A stretch of DNA of 63,180 nt, filler included, from Chiloscyllium plagiosum (lineage: Eukaryota), in assembly GCF_004010195.1 (NCBI RefSeq). It is 5 parts of one record of this genome, joined end to end, with 100 filler letters (N's around TTAATTAATTAA, not from the genome) between each part and the next. Parts side by side here need not be neighbours in the genome. Positions count along the whole stretch, not along the records: positions 48,095 to 56,151 come from NC_057712.1; positions 56,252 to 63,180 come from NC_057712.1; 3 more parts are not named here. One strand, 5' to 3'. Shown piece by piece: positions 48,400-61,510 of the stretch. Numbering within the stretch: the first letter of the stretch is position 1; each line of letters starts with the position of its first letter. The translations under genes were made by a program, and so were the position numbers. Below the pieces are notes generated by a model. That model made no database searches and had not been told where the DNA came from. It saw only the letters and a program-made list of their open reading frames with translations.

Positions 48400-49990
48400 C
48401 TATATGGACTTCAGTAAGGCATTCGAGGACTCGTCTGCTGAGGTAGTCTGGGCTGTGGTTAGAAACAGGAATGGAGAGGTCACCCTGTTAGGGGCTTTCT
48501 ATAGGCTTCTGAATACTTCCAAAGATGCAGAGAAAGGACAGCAAAGATGATTTGCGATAAGAGCAAGAGTAACAGTGTAGTTTGTTCTGGGTGAATTTAA
48601 CTTTCGAAATATTGACTGGGAATACTATAGTTCAAGTACTTTAGATGGGTCAGTTTTTGTCCAGTGTGTGGAAGAGGGTTTCGTGACACAGTATGTGGAC
48701 AGGCCAACAAGGGGTGAGGCCACATTACATTTGGTACTGGGTAATTAACCTGGTCAGGTGTTAGATTTGGAGGTAGGTGAGCACTTTGGTGATAGTGATC
48801 ACAATTCGGTTATGTTTACTTTAGTTTTGGAAAGGGACAGGTATATACCACAGGGCAAGAGTTATAACATAAAAACCAATTACGGTGCGATGAGGCAAGA
48901 TTTAAGATGCATAGGATGAGGAAGGAAATTGCAGGGGCTGGGCACAATTGAAATATGGAGCTTATGCAAGGAACAGCTACTGAGGGTCCTTGATAAGTAT
49001 GTACCTGTCAGATAGGGAGGAAGTTGTTGAGTGCGGGAGCCATGGTTTACTAAGGAAGTTGAATCTCTTATCAAGAGGAAGAAGAAGGTTTATGTTTGGA
49101 TGAGGCATGTAGGCTCAGTTCGGGCGCTTGAGAGTTCCAGGTTAGCCAGGAAAGACCTAAAGTCCTTGATAAGTATGTACCTGTCAGATAGGGAGGAAGT
49201 TGTTGAGTGCGGGAGCCATGGTTTACTAAGGAAGTTGAATCTCTTATCAAGAGGAAAAAGAAGGTTTATGTTTGGATGAGACTTGAAGGCTCTGTTAGGG
49301 CGCTTGAGAGTTCCAGGTTAGCCAGGAAAGACCTAAAGAGAGAGCGCAGAAGAGCCAGGAGGGGACATGAGAAGTTGTTAGCAGATAGGATCAAGGAAAA
49401 CCCTTAAGCTTTCTACAATATATCAGGAACAAAAGAATGATTAGAGTAAGATTAGGGCCAATCAAAGACAGTAGTGGGACATTGTCCATGCAGTTTGAGG
49501 AGATAGGAGAAGCCTTAAATGAATATTTTTCGTCAGTATTCACACAGGAAAAAGACAATATTATCGAGGAGAAGACTGAGATACAGGCTACTGGACTATG
49601 GATTGAGGTTCAAAGGTGGAGGTGTTTGCAATTCTGGTAAGACCCCTGGGCCAGATGGATTTACCCTAGGATTCTCTGGGAAGCCAGGGAGGAGATTGCA
49701 GAGCTTTGGCTTTGATCTTTATGTTATCATTGTCTGCAGGAATAGGTCCAGAAGACTGGAGGATAGTAAATGCTGCCCCTTGTTCAAGAAGGGGAGTAGA
49801 AACAAGCCTGGTAATTATACACTGGTAAGCCTAACTTCGGCTGTGGGTAAAGTGTTGTAAAGGGTTATAAGGATTAGGATTTATAATCATCTCGAAAGTA
49901 ATAAGTTGATTAGAGATAGTCAACACGGTTTTGTGAAGGATAGGTCGTGCCTCACAAACCTTATTGAGTTCTTTGAGAGGGTGACTAAAA
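48400..49990 (+). mobile_element. CR1 ORF2 fragment with an internal tandem duplication
   Basis: APE and RT remnants. Confidence 0.85.
48986..49337. repeat. Tandem duplication, 176-bp unit x2
   Basis: gtccttgataagtatgtacc at 48986 and 49162; copies differ at several bases. Confidence 0.9.
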
Positions 49991-49994
49991 CTTA

Positions 49995-51100
49995 TAGAAT
50001 TGTGATCACTCTTCCCAAAGTAATCCCCTACTGAAACTTCAACCACCTGGTCCAGTATGGCCCCTTCCCGAGTTGCACTATTTACATACTGCTCTGGAAA
50101 ACCCTCCTGGATGCTCCTTACAAATTCTGCGCCATCTAGACCTCTAACTCTATGTGAATCCCAGTCAATGTTGGGAAAATTAAAATCTCCTATCACCACC
50201 ACTCTGTTGCTCCTACGTCTTTCAATAATCTGTTTACATATTTGTACTTGTATCACACATACACTGTTGGGAGGCCTGTAGTACAGTCCCAACATTATTA
50301 CCGCACCCTTCCTATTTCTGAGCTCTGCCCATATTGCCTCACTGCTCTTGTCTTCCAGAGTGCCTTCCTTCAGCACAGCTGTGATATCCTCCCTGACCAG
50401 TAATGTAACTCCTCCATCCCTTTTACTTCCCTCCCTATCCCACCTGAAACATCGATATCCTGGGATATTTAGATGCTAATCATGCCCTTCCCTCAACCAA
50501 GTCTTAGTAATAGCAATAACATCATATGCCCAGGTACAAATTCAAGCCCTAAATTCATCTGCTTTACCTCCTGCACTTCTTGCATTTAAACAAATGCACC
50601 TCAGACCACCAGTCCCTTTGCATTCATCATCTGCTCCCTGCCTACTATTCCCCTTAGTCACGCTAAATGTACAAGATGATTAGGGGGTTTTACAAGATGA
50701 TTAGGGGGTTAGATAGGGTTGACAGTGTGAACCTTTTCCCGCGTATGGAGTCGGGTATTACAAGGGGGCATAGCTTTAAATTAAGGGGGGGGTAGATATA
50801 GGACTGAAGTTAGGGGTAGGTTCTTCACTCAGCGAGTCGTAAGTTCATGGAATGCCCTGCCAGTAGCAGTGGTGGACTCTCCCTCTTTATGGGCATTTAA
50901 GCGGGCATTGGATAGGTATATGGAGGATAGTGGGTTAGTATAGGTTAGGTGGGCTTGGATCGGCGCAACATCGAGGGCCGAAGGGCCTGTACTGCGCTGT
51001 ATTCTTCTATGTTCTATGTTCTATAAATTCACTGTCTAGTTCCTTACAGGCTTTAGTTACTCCCTCCTTACTGTCCATTAAACTCCTCATTTGGTTCCCA
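49995..51100 (-). mobile_element. CR1 APE fragment containing a + strand CR1 3' end (50667-51024)
   Basis: YYRPPN and GDFNFPNIDW on the - strand; inserted (ttctatg)n tail. Confidence 0.85.
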
Positions 51101-51104
51101 TCAA

Positions 51105-51378
51105 ACCCACACTGACCTTCCAAATATCATCCCACACAAATCCACCAGACTCTCCATTCCAATAATCCTGCATTTTCCATGGCTAATCTACCTAGCCTTC
51201 ACATCCATGGACACAATGGGCAATTCAACATGTCTAATCCACCTAACTTGCACAATTTAGGACTGTGGAAGGAAACCGGAGCACGCAGAGAAAACGCATG
51301 CAAACATGGAGAAAACATTCAAACCCCACACAGACAGAAGGTGGAATCGAACCTTGATCCCTGGGGCTGTGATGCCGT
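51105..51378 (-). mobile_element. HE1-type SINE, degenerate
   Basis: gactgtggaaggaaaccggagcac core. Confidence 0.75.
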
Positions 51379-51379
51379 G

Positions 51380-51562
51380 GGGCTCCTTCTCCACCTATCG
51401 TTTACTCTCCTCCCCTTCCCCCACCCCATCTTTGGCACATATACCAACATTTTCCTAGCTACAATCAGTTCTAAAGAAAGGTCACTGGACCTGAAACTCT
51501 GCTTTCTTTCCACACATGCTGCCAGACCTACTGAGGTTTTCCAGCAATTTCTGTTTTTGTTA
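51380..51562 (+). mobile_element. PLE pseudo-LTR (family 2) with upstream promoter-like region
   Basis: catata at about 51438, tcagtt at 51465, degenerate core ctaaaga-a-aggtc..gacct-gaaac. Confidence 0.65.
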
Positions 51563-52229
51563 CAACACAGTGTTGTTGTCACTATCAGTAAAATGCTTCT
51601 TCACTGTCACCTCGAACTTTTGTCCAGCTTCATTCCCCACAATTAGGTCCAGCACTGTACCATCCCTCGTTGGGTCTTGCACACGAATGACATAAATAAC
51701 ACTGCTGTGCATATTTCAAGAAATTTGCCCTCTCTAAACTCTTTGTACTACAATTATCTCTTTTGGGGTAGTTGAAATCCCCTAAAACAATTACTCTGTT
51801 ACTATTTTTACACTCGAGTACATATCTGCTCCTCAATTGCCAGCTGACTGTTTGGGAGCCTATAATACATTCCTAATAGAGTGATTACCTCCTTTTTATT
51901 TCAAAGTTCTATTCATAAAGATCATGGAACGTTTGTCTGCAGATTCCTGAAGGCAATGGGACAGATTAACAGGGCACTTACGAAAGCATAAAGGATACTT
52001 GTCTTTATCAGTGTTGGCATGGGTCATAAGAGAAGGGCTTTGGTAAGTCCACAACTGGAGTTCTGTGTGCAGTTCTGGTCACTGCACTACAGGAAGGATC
52101 TGATTACACTAAACTGGGTTTGGATGAGATTCACTATGATGTTGCTTCAGTTGGAGCAGTTTAGCTATAAAGAGGGGCTGAGCAGGCTTGGGTTAGAATT
52201 CTTTTGAGGAGTTAATGAGCAAGTTAGAC

Positions 52230-52720
52230 AAGGGTTCAGAAAAGATTCACAAGAATGGTGCCAGGGATGGAGGATTTGAGCTACAGGGAGAGGCTGAACA
52301 GGCTGGGGCTGTTTTCCCTGGAAGAACGTCAGAGGCTGAGGGGTGACCTTATAGAGGTTTACAAAATTATGAGGGGCATGGATAGGATAAATAGGGAAAG
52401 TCTTTTCCCTGGGGTGGGGGAGTCCAGAACTAAAGGGTATAGGTTTAGGGTGAGAGGGGAAAGATATAAAAGAGACCTAAGGGGCAACTTTTTCACGCAG
52501 AGGGTGGTACGTGTATGGAATGAGCTGCCAGAGGATGTGGTGGAGGCTGGTACAATTGCAACATTTAAGAAAAATTTGGATGGGTATATGAATAGGAAGG
52601 GTTTGGAGGGATATGGGCCGGGTGCTGGCAGGTGGGACTAGATTGGGTTGGGATAGCTGGTTGGCATGGACGGGTTGGACCGAAGGGTCTGTTTCCATGC
52701 TGTACATCTCTATGACTCTA
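52230..52720 (+). mobile_element. CR1 (HER1-like) 3' end
   Basis: ORF 52255-52641; tail tctctatgactcta. Confidence 0.9.
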
Positions 52721-53389
52721 TATCGGAGGCAATTACTGGCATAAATAGAGGATTAGCTGACTGGCAGAGGAAGGGCATGGGGATAAAGGATGGCAGGTGG
52801 TGACTATTAGAGTTCTGCAGGGGTCGATGTTAGGACCACAGTATTCACATTATACATTAAGAATCCTGATGAAGCAACTAAATGTATTGTCGCTAGGTTT
52901 GCAGATGACACAAAGATAGATGGAAGAACAGAAAGTGTTGAGAAAACAAGGAGGCTGCAGAAGGTCTCGGACAGGGCAAGGAGTGGCAGGTGGAATACAA
53001 TCTGGGAAAATGGTTAAAATTAACTTTGATTGATTGATTTATTGTTGTCACATGTACTGGGATACATGGAAAGTGTTTTACGTGATATACGGCAGTTTGT
53101 AGCATATAAAGTGCATCAAAGTAGCAGTACAGAGTGCTCATACACTGTGTTACAGCCACAGGGAAGGTGCAGAGAGAGGGATCACAATTAACAGTTGAGA
53201 GGTCAAAAATCTGTTAACAGCAAGGAAGAAGCTCATATGAATCTATTCGTACACACATTTAAACTTTTAGATCTTCTGCCTGATGGAAGAGTTTATAACC
53301 AGGGTGATTGTGTTAAATGCTTTGCAAAGGCAGTAGGAAGTATAGATGGAGTCAATGGATGGAAATCTGACTTATATGATGGATCATCT

Positions 53390-54518
53390 CGAAAAGAGAA
53401 AATAATAACTTGATTAGGGTTAGTCAGCACGGTTTTGTGAAGGGCAGGTCGTGCCTCACAAACGTTATTGAGTTCTTTGAGAAGGTGATCAAACAGGTAG
53501 ATGAGAGTAAACCGGTTAATGTGGTGTATATGGATTTCAGCAAGGTGTTCGATAAGGTTCCCCACAGTAGGCTATTGTACAAAATGCGGAGAAATGGGAT
53601 TGTGGGAGATATAATAGTTTGNNNNNNNNNNNNNNNNNNNNNNNNNNNNNNNNNNNNNNNNNNNNNNNNNNNNNNNNNNNNNNNNNNNNNNNNNNNNNNN
53701 NNNNNNNNNNNNNNNNNNNNNNNNNNNNNNNNNNNNNNNNNNNNNNNNNNNNNNNNNNNNNNNNNNNNNNNNNNNNNNNNNNNNNNNNNNNNNNNNNNNN
53801 NNNNNNNNNNNNNNNNNNNNNNNNNNNNNNNNNNNNNNNNNNNNNNNNNNNNNNNNNNNNNNNNNNNNNNNNNNNNNNNNNNNNNNNNNNNNNNNNNNNN
53901 NNNNNNNNNNNNNNNNNNNNNNNNNNNNNNNNNNNNNNNNNNNNNNNNNNNNNNNNNNNNNNNNNNNNNNNNNNNNNNNNNNNNNNNNNNNNNNNNNNNN
54001 NNNNNNNNNNNNNNNNNNNNNNNNNNNNNNNNNNNNNNNNNNNNNNNNNNNNNNNNNNNNNNNNNNNNNNNNNNNNNNNNNNNNNNNNNNNNNNNNNNNN
54101 NNNNNNNNNNNNNNNNNNNNNNNNNNNNNNNNNNNNNNNNNNNNNNNNNNNNNNNNNNNNNNNNNNNNNNNNNNNNNNNNNNNNNNNNNNNNNNNNNNNN
54201 NNNNNNNNNNNNNNNNNNNNNNNNNNNNNNNNNNNNNNNNNNNNGCGAGCATGAGGGGGCATAGCTTTAAATTGAGTGGTGATAGATATAGGACAGATGT
54301 CAGAGGTAGTTTCTTTACTCAGAGAGTAGTAAGGATATGGAATGCTTTGCCTGCAACGGTAGTAGATTCGCCAACTTTAAGTACATTTAAGTCGTCATTG
54401 GACAAGCATATGGACGTACATGGAATATTGTAGTTTAGATGGGCTTCAGATTGGCATGACAGGTTAGCGCAACATCGAGGGCCGAAGGGCCTGTAGTGCG
54501 CTGTAATGTTCTATGTTC
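53390..54518 (+). mobile_element. CR1 RT to 3' region spanning gap 53622-54244
   Basis: [13 protein letters not shown] before the gap; FFTQRVV and tail after. Confidence 0.85.
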
Positions 54519-55499
54519 TTCACAACTCTATGTAGTTTCTTGTGGTTTCAGGAATAGCAGTTGCCATACCATGCTGCGATGCATCCAGACAGGATGCGTT
54601 GTATGGTCCATCTATAAAAATTGCACCAAGGAAAATAAAAGTGTAGAGAAATTTATCAATAGAAAAAACTTAAAGGTTTGTATTTTAATGCACAAAACAT
54701 TAGGAATAAGGTAAATGTGTCAGTACAAATCAAGGTAAATAATGTGAACTCATAGCCATTACAGAAATAAAGATCCAAGGCGATTAAAACTGGGAACTTA
54801 ACATTCAGGGATGTTTGACCTTTCAGAAAGACATGAAGGAATGGAAAAGGTGGAGGGGTAGTTCTAAGGCTTGGATGATTTGGGTGGGGTGAAAAAATAG
54901 CAACGGAAAGAATACATTGGTTGGAGCAGTGTACAGACCCCCCAAATGGTAACCTCTCTGAAGGAAAGGCAATAAGTCAATAGTTAATAGGAGCACCTAA
55001 AAAGAATATAGCAATAATTAAGGGTGACTTTAATCTTTATGTTGATTGGGTTAAATTGGAAAGGGTAACTATGACAACAAATTCAGAGTGCATTAGGGAT
55101 AAGGTAAGGAGAAAAATAGACCTGAGGATTGGGAACAGTTTAGAAGTCAGCAAGGAGGACTAAGGAATTGATTACTTGGCTTCTGTCATCAGAAAGGAGG
55201 ACACAAATAAAACATATCAGAAATGATGGGGAACAGAGGGTTCAGTGAGACAGAGAGAAACTGCTACAGATGTAGATTAGTTGAGAAATGGTGTCACAGA
55301 AATTGCTGAGATTCAAGGCTGACAAATCCCTAGGTCCTGATAGTGTAGATCCCAGAGTAATTAAGAAAGTGGCGCTAAAAATAATGAATAAATTGGTAGT
55401 CAGTTTTCAAGATTCTTTTGACTCTTGAACAGTTCCTACAGATTAGAAGGTAGATAATGTAACTCCACTATTTAAAAAGGGAGGTAGATACATTTTGAA

Positions 55500-56151
55500 C
55501 AGAGCGGCGAGGAGAGAGGGCGGAGAGAAGCAAGGGCTGCCGGGAAGTTTTTAAGTGGGTGAGATCTAAACCCAAGACCCTACACCGTAGGGCCTCCCTC
55601 CCATCCACCTCCTCTAACCTTACAAAGAGTCTGTAAACTCGGTAAGTTTTCAGGTTTTCTTATTTTATTTTCCTTTTCTTTTCTTCCTTGTTTAGTCCTG
55701 TGTGGACTTTCAGATTAGCAGGGTATGGCCGTTAGGGAAGTTGCATGTTCATCCTGCAGAATGTGGCAGGTGAGAGACAAGACACATGTCTTTGCTGGCC
55801 ACATCTGTGGGAAGTGCACCCAACTCCAGCTCCTCGAAAACCGAATTAGGGAACTGGAGCTGGAGCTGGATGAACTGCGGACCATCCGGGAGGCTGAGGG
55901 AGAAATTGAGAGGCTGTATAGGGAGGTGGTCACTCCTCAGGTATAGGATAAGGACAGCTGGGTTACAGTCAGGGGGAAGAAAGGAAATGAACAGATAGGG
56001 TGGGGTTCCCCTGTGGTCATTCCCCTCAGCAGTAACTTTACCGTTTGGATACCGCCTACCAGGGGAAAGCCTAAGTTGTCAGGTCTCTGGCACTGAGGCT
56101 CAGAAGGGAAGAGGGGAGAATAGAAAAGCGCTAGTGGTAGGGGACTCAATA
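55500..56151 (+). mobile_element. CR1 5' UTR + ORF1 start
   Basis: MAVREVACSSCRMW...CGKCTQLQLLENRIRELELELDELR; VVGDS at the linker edge. Confidence 0.9.
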
Positions 56152-56251
56152 NNNNNNNNNNNNNNNNNNNNNNNNNNNNNNNNNNNNNNNNNNNNTTAAT
56201 TAATTAANNNNNNNNNNNNNNNNNNNNNNNNNNNNNNNNNNNNNNNNNNNN
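56152..56251. other. Artificial contig linker
   Basis: N44-TTAATTAATTAA-N44. Confidence 0.95.
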
Positions 56252-56432
56252 AATTGATAACAGACTCTGCAATTTCTACTCTCACATCCCTGATGCATCT
56301 TGGATGCATCTTCTACAGTTTCAGTTGATAATTAACTTTAACAATAGAAAACATTCTATACCGCCTCCTGATGAATCATTAACCACTCCAGTGTCTGACT
56401 GAACAACAAAATCCAAAGTCTGTAGTCACTTT

Positions 56433-57302
56433 TCAACTCGCTGATGTTTCACAAATGGGTAACTGAGGGGATCTCTTGTCACAATGGGAACAAGGAAATG
56501 GCCTCTCTCCAGTGTGAACTCGCTGGTGAACTGTGAGTTGAGATGATCTTTTGAACCCAGACCTACAGTGAGAGCATCTAAATGGTCTTTCGTCAGTGTG
56601 AACACGTTGATGGAACATCAAGTCCCCAGAACTTTTATAGCACTTCTCACAGTCTGGGCACTTAAAAGATCTCTCTTCATTGTGAACATGCTGGTGTCTC
56701 AGTAGGTCAGATGAGACCGTAAATCCTCTCCCACACTCAGAGCAGGTAAATGGCCTCTCCCCTGTGTGGACTCGCTGGTGTGACAGTAAACTGGATAACT
56801 GAGTGAATCCTTTCCCACACACAGAGCAGATGAATGGCCTCTCTCCAGTGTGAACCCGTTTATGTTTTATCAGGTTGGATGAGTGAGTGAACCCCTTCCC
56901 ACACTCAGTGCAAATAAATGGCCTCTCCCCAGTGTGAACACGGTGATGTTCCAGCAGGTGGGTTGAGTGAGTGAATCCTTTCCCACACTGAGAGCAGGTG
57001 AATGGTCTCACCCCTGTGTGGACTCGCTGGTGTTTCAGGAGATGAGTTGATTGAGTGAATCCTTTCCCACATCTGGTGCAGGTGAATGGCCTCTCCCCAG
57101 TGTGACTGCGCCTGTGCATTTCCAGCTTTGAAGGGGATTTAAATCCCTTCCCACAGTCCCCGCATTTCCACGGTTTCTCCCCAGCATGATTGCACTTATG
57201 TTTCGACAGACCAGATGATTGCCTGAAACCTCGTCCACACAAAGAACACACATACGGTTTCTCCTGACACTGAATGGTTCTTTTTCTTTCCATGCTCAAC
57301 AT
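56433..57302 (-). CDS. Tandem C2H2 zinc-finger protein (9 intact fingers + 1 broken), 289 aa
   Basis: Repeated CxxC-x12-H-x3-H with TGERP/GEKP linkers; ATG at 57302; acceptor tttcacag ending at 57401. Confidence 0.9.
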   Translation of the reverse strand: MLSMERKRTIQCQEKPYVCSLCGRGFRQSSGLSKHKCNHAGEKPWKCGDCGKGFKSPSKLEMHRRSHTGERPFTCTRCGKGFTQSTHLLKHQRVHTGVRPFTCSQCGKGFTHSTHLLEHHRVHTGERPFICTECGKGFTHSSNLIKHKRVHTGERPFICSVCGKGFTQLSSLLSHQRVHTGERPFTCSECGRGFTVSSDLLRHQHVHNEERSFKCPDCEKCYKSSGDLMFHQRVHTDERPFRCSHCRSGFKRSSQLTVHQRVHTGERPFPCSHCDKRSPQLPICETSAS

Positions 57303-58089
57303 CCAATGCTATTCAGGTACTGGTAAATTGGACAACTCGGTCAGATCCTGATGTGATGTTTGTTTCAGACTCCAAACTGTAGAGATCTCTTCTTAATACC
57401 CTGTGAAACTGATTTAAATAGAAAGGGTGAATGAGACAAAAACCATAAAAACACAAAGGTGGATTGTGAAATTGAGCTGAACGAAACAGACAATTTGTGA
57501 GGCTAGCCCTTGGAAAAAGTGACCATGAAAGCTTCTGATTGATAAAAGCCCAAATGATTAACAAAGGTCTATCAGGGAAAGGATCTTGCCACCTGTCTGG
57601 TCTTACACAAGCCTTTGGTGGCTCTGGGAGGAAAAGAAGAGAGGAGTAGGAGCAATGGATCTTACACATCTACAACTTGATCAGAACTTTGACAATATCC
57701 CAAACTCCCTGTACAAGTATCAGAATGTAGCTTTTCTGTGAACACTATAACCTCCAAGTTCATGCGCAAGTCTCACAGCATCCTAAATGAGCAGAAATTT
57801 CCAATATTTAAATATTGAGAAAGCTTATGCTTCTGACTTCAATCCCTGCACTCTCTCACCAGGTACTACATTCCTCATTGGTTCAGCCTTAGAAAGACAC
57901 TCGAGTGTTCACAACAAAGGTGAAATATTTCACCGAGTAGAGCTTCCAACCATACATCCCCATCATCAGGACCACCTATTTCCACCTCACCTGACTTCAT
58001 GTAGTTTTAACACATCTGTCGCTCACCCATTCCTTTCTTACCTCTCAAATATGTGAACACACTCTCAGCAGGCCTCACTGTTGCTACCA

Positions 58090-58270
58090 CTCTGTAACCT
58101 TGAGTGCATCCAAATCTCTGCAGCTCATGTGCTGACTCACACCAAGTCCAGTTAACCCATCATCCCTGTACTCAGCAACCTACAAAAGCTACTGTTTAAA
58201 AAGCAATAACATTTTATATTGTTGTTCTCATTTTCCTTCCTGGTAATCATTATATCTGTTTCTGTGTTCC
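58090..58270 (+). mobile_element. L2-type LINE 3' fragment
   Basis: IQISAAHVLTHTK..PIIPVLSNL remnant. Confidence 0.6.
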
Positions 58271-59049
58271 CTTCCAGTCACAGAAAGCTTAGATATTCCT
58301 TCTTTTAGAAAGCATTGGAGCTGTGCCACTGAATTTATCAGGGTAGAATTAGATCAATTTCTGGTGACATGGATATAAACTGAGATGACAGCAGACAAGT
58401 GAAGACGGCAACCAGACTTTGGATGATGTTATTGAATGACAGAGCAGGTCTGATGGACCATATTGTCTGGTTCTGCTCTGAATTCTTACAGTCCTATCTT
58501 TGCAACTCAACTAATTCCACCTCTTCTAGCATTCCAGATGTTCATTGCTCTATGGTTATTGGTCTTCTTTTACCTGCCAATGCCATAACTCTGGTATTTC
58601 CTTCCAAAACATCATCTGCTCCCCACATTATTATCCTTCCTTAAGATATTCAGTGAAACCAATCAGACACCAGTGTTATTCATCTGCCTTCGTATTGCTT
58701 CTGTATCTCTATTCCAGATATTGCAATATTTTGTTATGTGAGCAATTCATTATACATACAAACGCGTGATACTGACAGACATAGACAGCAGAAGTTAGAA
58801 AATGTTGGGGAGGATATTAAGGAGGACAGAAGTGAAACACAGTAATGAATGGACATGGATTCAGATCCACAATAATGGAGTTACACTAGCCCAGAGTCAA
58901 GGAATTTATCAGATCTAACAGACCACAGTGCTAAAACTTCTAAATTGTAGACGAATGGTCAAAAATAACTCCTCTGAAACAATGTCAACTTTCAATTTTG
59001 TAACCTCCTGCCAGTAGCTGAAAAAAAATCAGAAATACTGGAATCAGAG

Positions 59050-60240
59050 AAAAATCTCACAGTTAAGAAAATCCCCAGGGAGTGATGGCAGTCAATGTTA
59101 CTCCTTGGAGAATGAGACTGAGGAGTTAACAGTGGGAAATACAGAAATAACAGAGACACAAACAAGATTTAGCCTCAGTTCTCATGAGGGAGGACACTAG
59201 TACAGATAGTTCCAGGTGATGCAGATGTTATAGCAGGTGATGCAGATGTTATAGAAAAGGGAGCATCTTAGAACGATCACCATTATGAGGGAAAAAAGTA
59301 CTGAGCAAACTATTGGGATTGAAGGCAGACAATTCGCTGAAGTCTGATGGTTAACATCTTAGGTCTTGGGGAAAGTGACAGGACAGACACTGGTTATAAC
59401 TTTCCAAAATTCCCTGGATATTAGAAGTGTTCCACAAGAATGGAAAGTGTTAATATAACACCTTATTCAAAAAAGGAGGGAGGCTGAAATTAATTTAAAA
59501 AAAGCTAACATGTCTCATTAGGAAATTGTTGCAATCCATCATTAAGAAAGTCATAATAAGACACTTGGAAAGCCAGAACATAATTCATCAGAGTCAACAT
59601 ACTTTTATGAAGATCAAACAGAGTTTGACTGATCCGCTAGAGAGCTTTGAAGAAGTACCAAGCAAACTAGATAACGGGGATCCTGCAGATGCTGTACATC
59701 TGGACTTCCAGATTGCACTTCATAAAGGTATCACACAATAGGTTAGTACATAAGGTAAGATCACATGGGGTTCATGATTGTTTATTATCTTGGATGGAGG
59801 ATTGGCGAATGAACAGAAAGCAGAAATCAGTGGAAAGGGTTCTTTTGTGGCTGGCAAGTTATAACTAATGGTGTGCCAAGGGTTTCATCCACAGAAGCTA
59901 ACTATTTAGTGCATATAATTCATGACCTGGATGCAGGTACAGAAGGTACTATTAGCCAAACACGCAATGAATATTAAAATGGGTGGCAAGATAAGTTGCA
60001 ATAAATAAATAAGAAACACACAAATGGTCATGGATAAGTTAGGTGAATGGGCTAAAATATGGTAGATGAAATTTAATGTGGATAAGTGTGGGTTTGTCCA
60101 TTTTGGAAGAAGGAATAAAAAGACAATTTATTACCTAAACGGAGAGAAAATTCAGGGTGCTAGTCTGCAGAAAAATCTATATGACCTCACGCATGAAATC
60201 GCAGAAAATGAGTCTGCAGGTACAGCAAGTAATAAGGACT
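59050..60240 (+). mobile_element. Old CR1 RT fragment
   Basis: HLDFQIAL, MKFNVDKCGFVHFG. Confidence 0.8.
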
Positions 60241-61510
60241 CTACCCCCGACAACTCACTGTGGCAAGGAACTCTAAAAGTCTCATGATCCTCTGAGCGAA
60301 CACTTTCCTTCTCTTCCGAGTCTTAAACTGGCATCCTTAATCTGAGACCATGCCCTCTCATTCTAGACTCTCCCAAGAGGGAAACATTCTCCCTTATTTA
60401 TATTGTCAAGCCCCTTAAAAATTGTGTATGTTTCAATTAGATTAGATTACTTAATTACAGTGTGGAAACAGGCCCTTCGACCCGCCGAAATGCAACACAC
60501 CCAGACCCATTCCCCTATATTTACCCCTTCACCTAATACTACGGGCAATTTAGCATAGCTAATTCACCTAACCTGCACATTTTTGGACCGTGGGAGGAAA
60601 CCGGAGGACCCGGAGGAAACCTACGTAGTCACGGGGAGAATGTGCAAATTCCACACAGTCACCCTGAGACGGGAATTGAACCTGGGTCTCTGGTGCTGAG
60701 GGGCAGCAGTGCTAACCACTGTGTCACCGTGCCTCTTTCTTCTACACTCCACTGGGTAGGGTACCCAAGCTGGGTAGCCTCATAAGGTAATTCCTCCAGC
60801 CAGGGAGCATCCTAGAGAACCTTCTCTAAACTGCGTCTAATGCAACAATATATTTTCTTTACTGTGGGCAGTTTTGGCTTGATTATTAATCTTGATGTGG
60901 TCTCACCAGCACCTTGTGCAGTTGCAGTAAAACTTCCTTACTACAACCTTTTGAAATAAGGGCCAACATTTTATTAGCTTTCCTGATTATCTGCTGCATA
61001 TTTGTACCAGCTTTCCATATTACATGCACAAATACAAATCTCTATATTGCAGCTTTTGTAATGTTTTTCCATTTAAATGATAATCCGTTTTTTTGTTCTG
61101 CCTTCCACAACGAACAACTTCATATTTTACCACATCATCCTCTATTTGACAAGTTTTTGCCCACTGATATCATCATTCAACATCTCTCTGTAAACTGTTT
61201 CCATCCCCTTCAAAGCCTGGTATCTGCAAATTTTGCTGCAGTGCATTCACTTCCTTCCTCCAAGTTATTTACATTGTAAAACAGTTGTGGTCCCAGCACT
61301 GCTCCCTGACGAGCTCCGCTGGTCACTGATCACCAGCCTGAGAAAGTACCCCTTATTACTACTTTCTGCCCCTCAGCCAGTTCTTTCACCAAGCCAATAT
61401 ACTACTCCCAACATCATGGGATCTTATCTTATAACTTTACCTTTTGCAAAATATCTTGTCAAATGTCTTTTGGAAATCTAAACGCACCACATCTACTGTT
61501 CCCCTCTTTT
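60240..61510 (-). mobile_element. Old CR1 RT to 3' fragment
   Basis: Reverse strand LDFQKTFDK, FADT, RGHGLRLR remnants. Confidence 0.75.
60436..60733 (-). mobile_element. HE1-type V-SINE
   Basis: Reverse complement of the 740-1050 type. Confidence 0.9.

Noticed and set aside
53410..54264. Long X-containing ORFs (also at 15989-16796 and 38455-39131)
   Set aside because: Artefacts of translating N gaps
57313..57669. 118-aa ORF upstream of the ZNF as an effector domain
   Set aside because: It is out of frame with the ZNF, crosses the splice acceptor and overlaps a SINE remnant (about 57460-57610)
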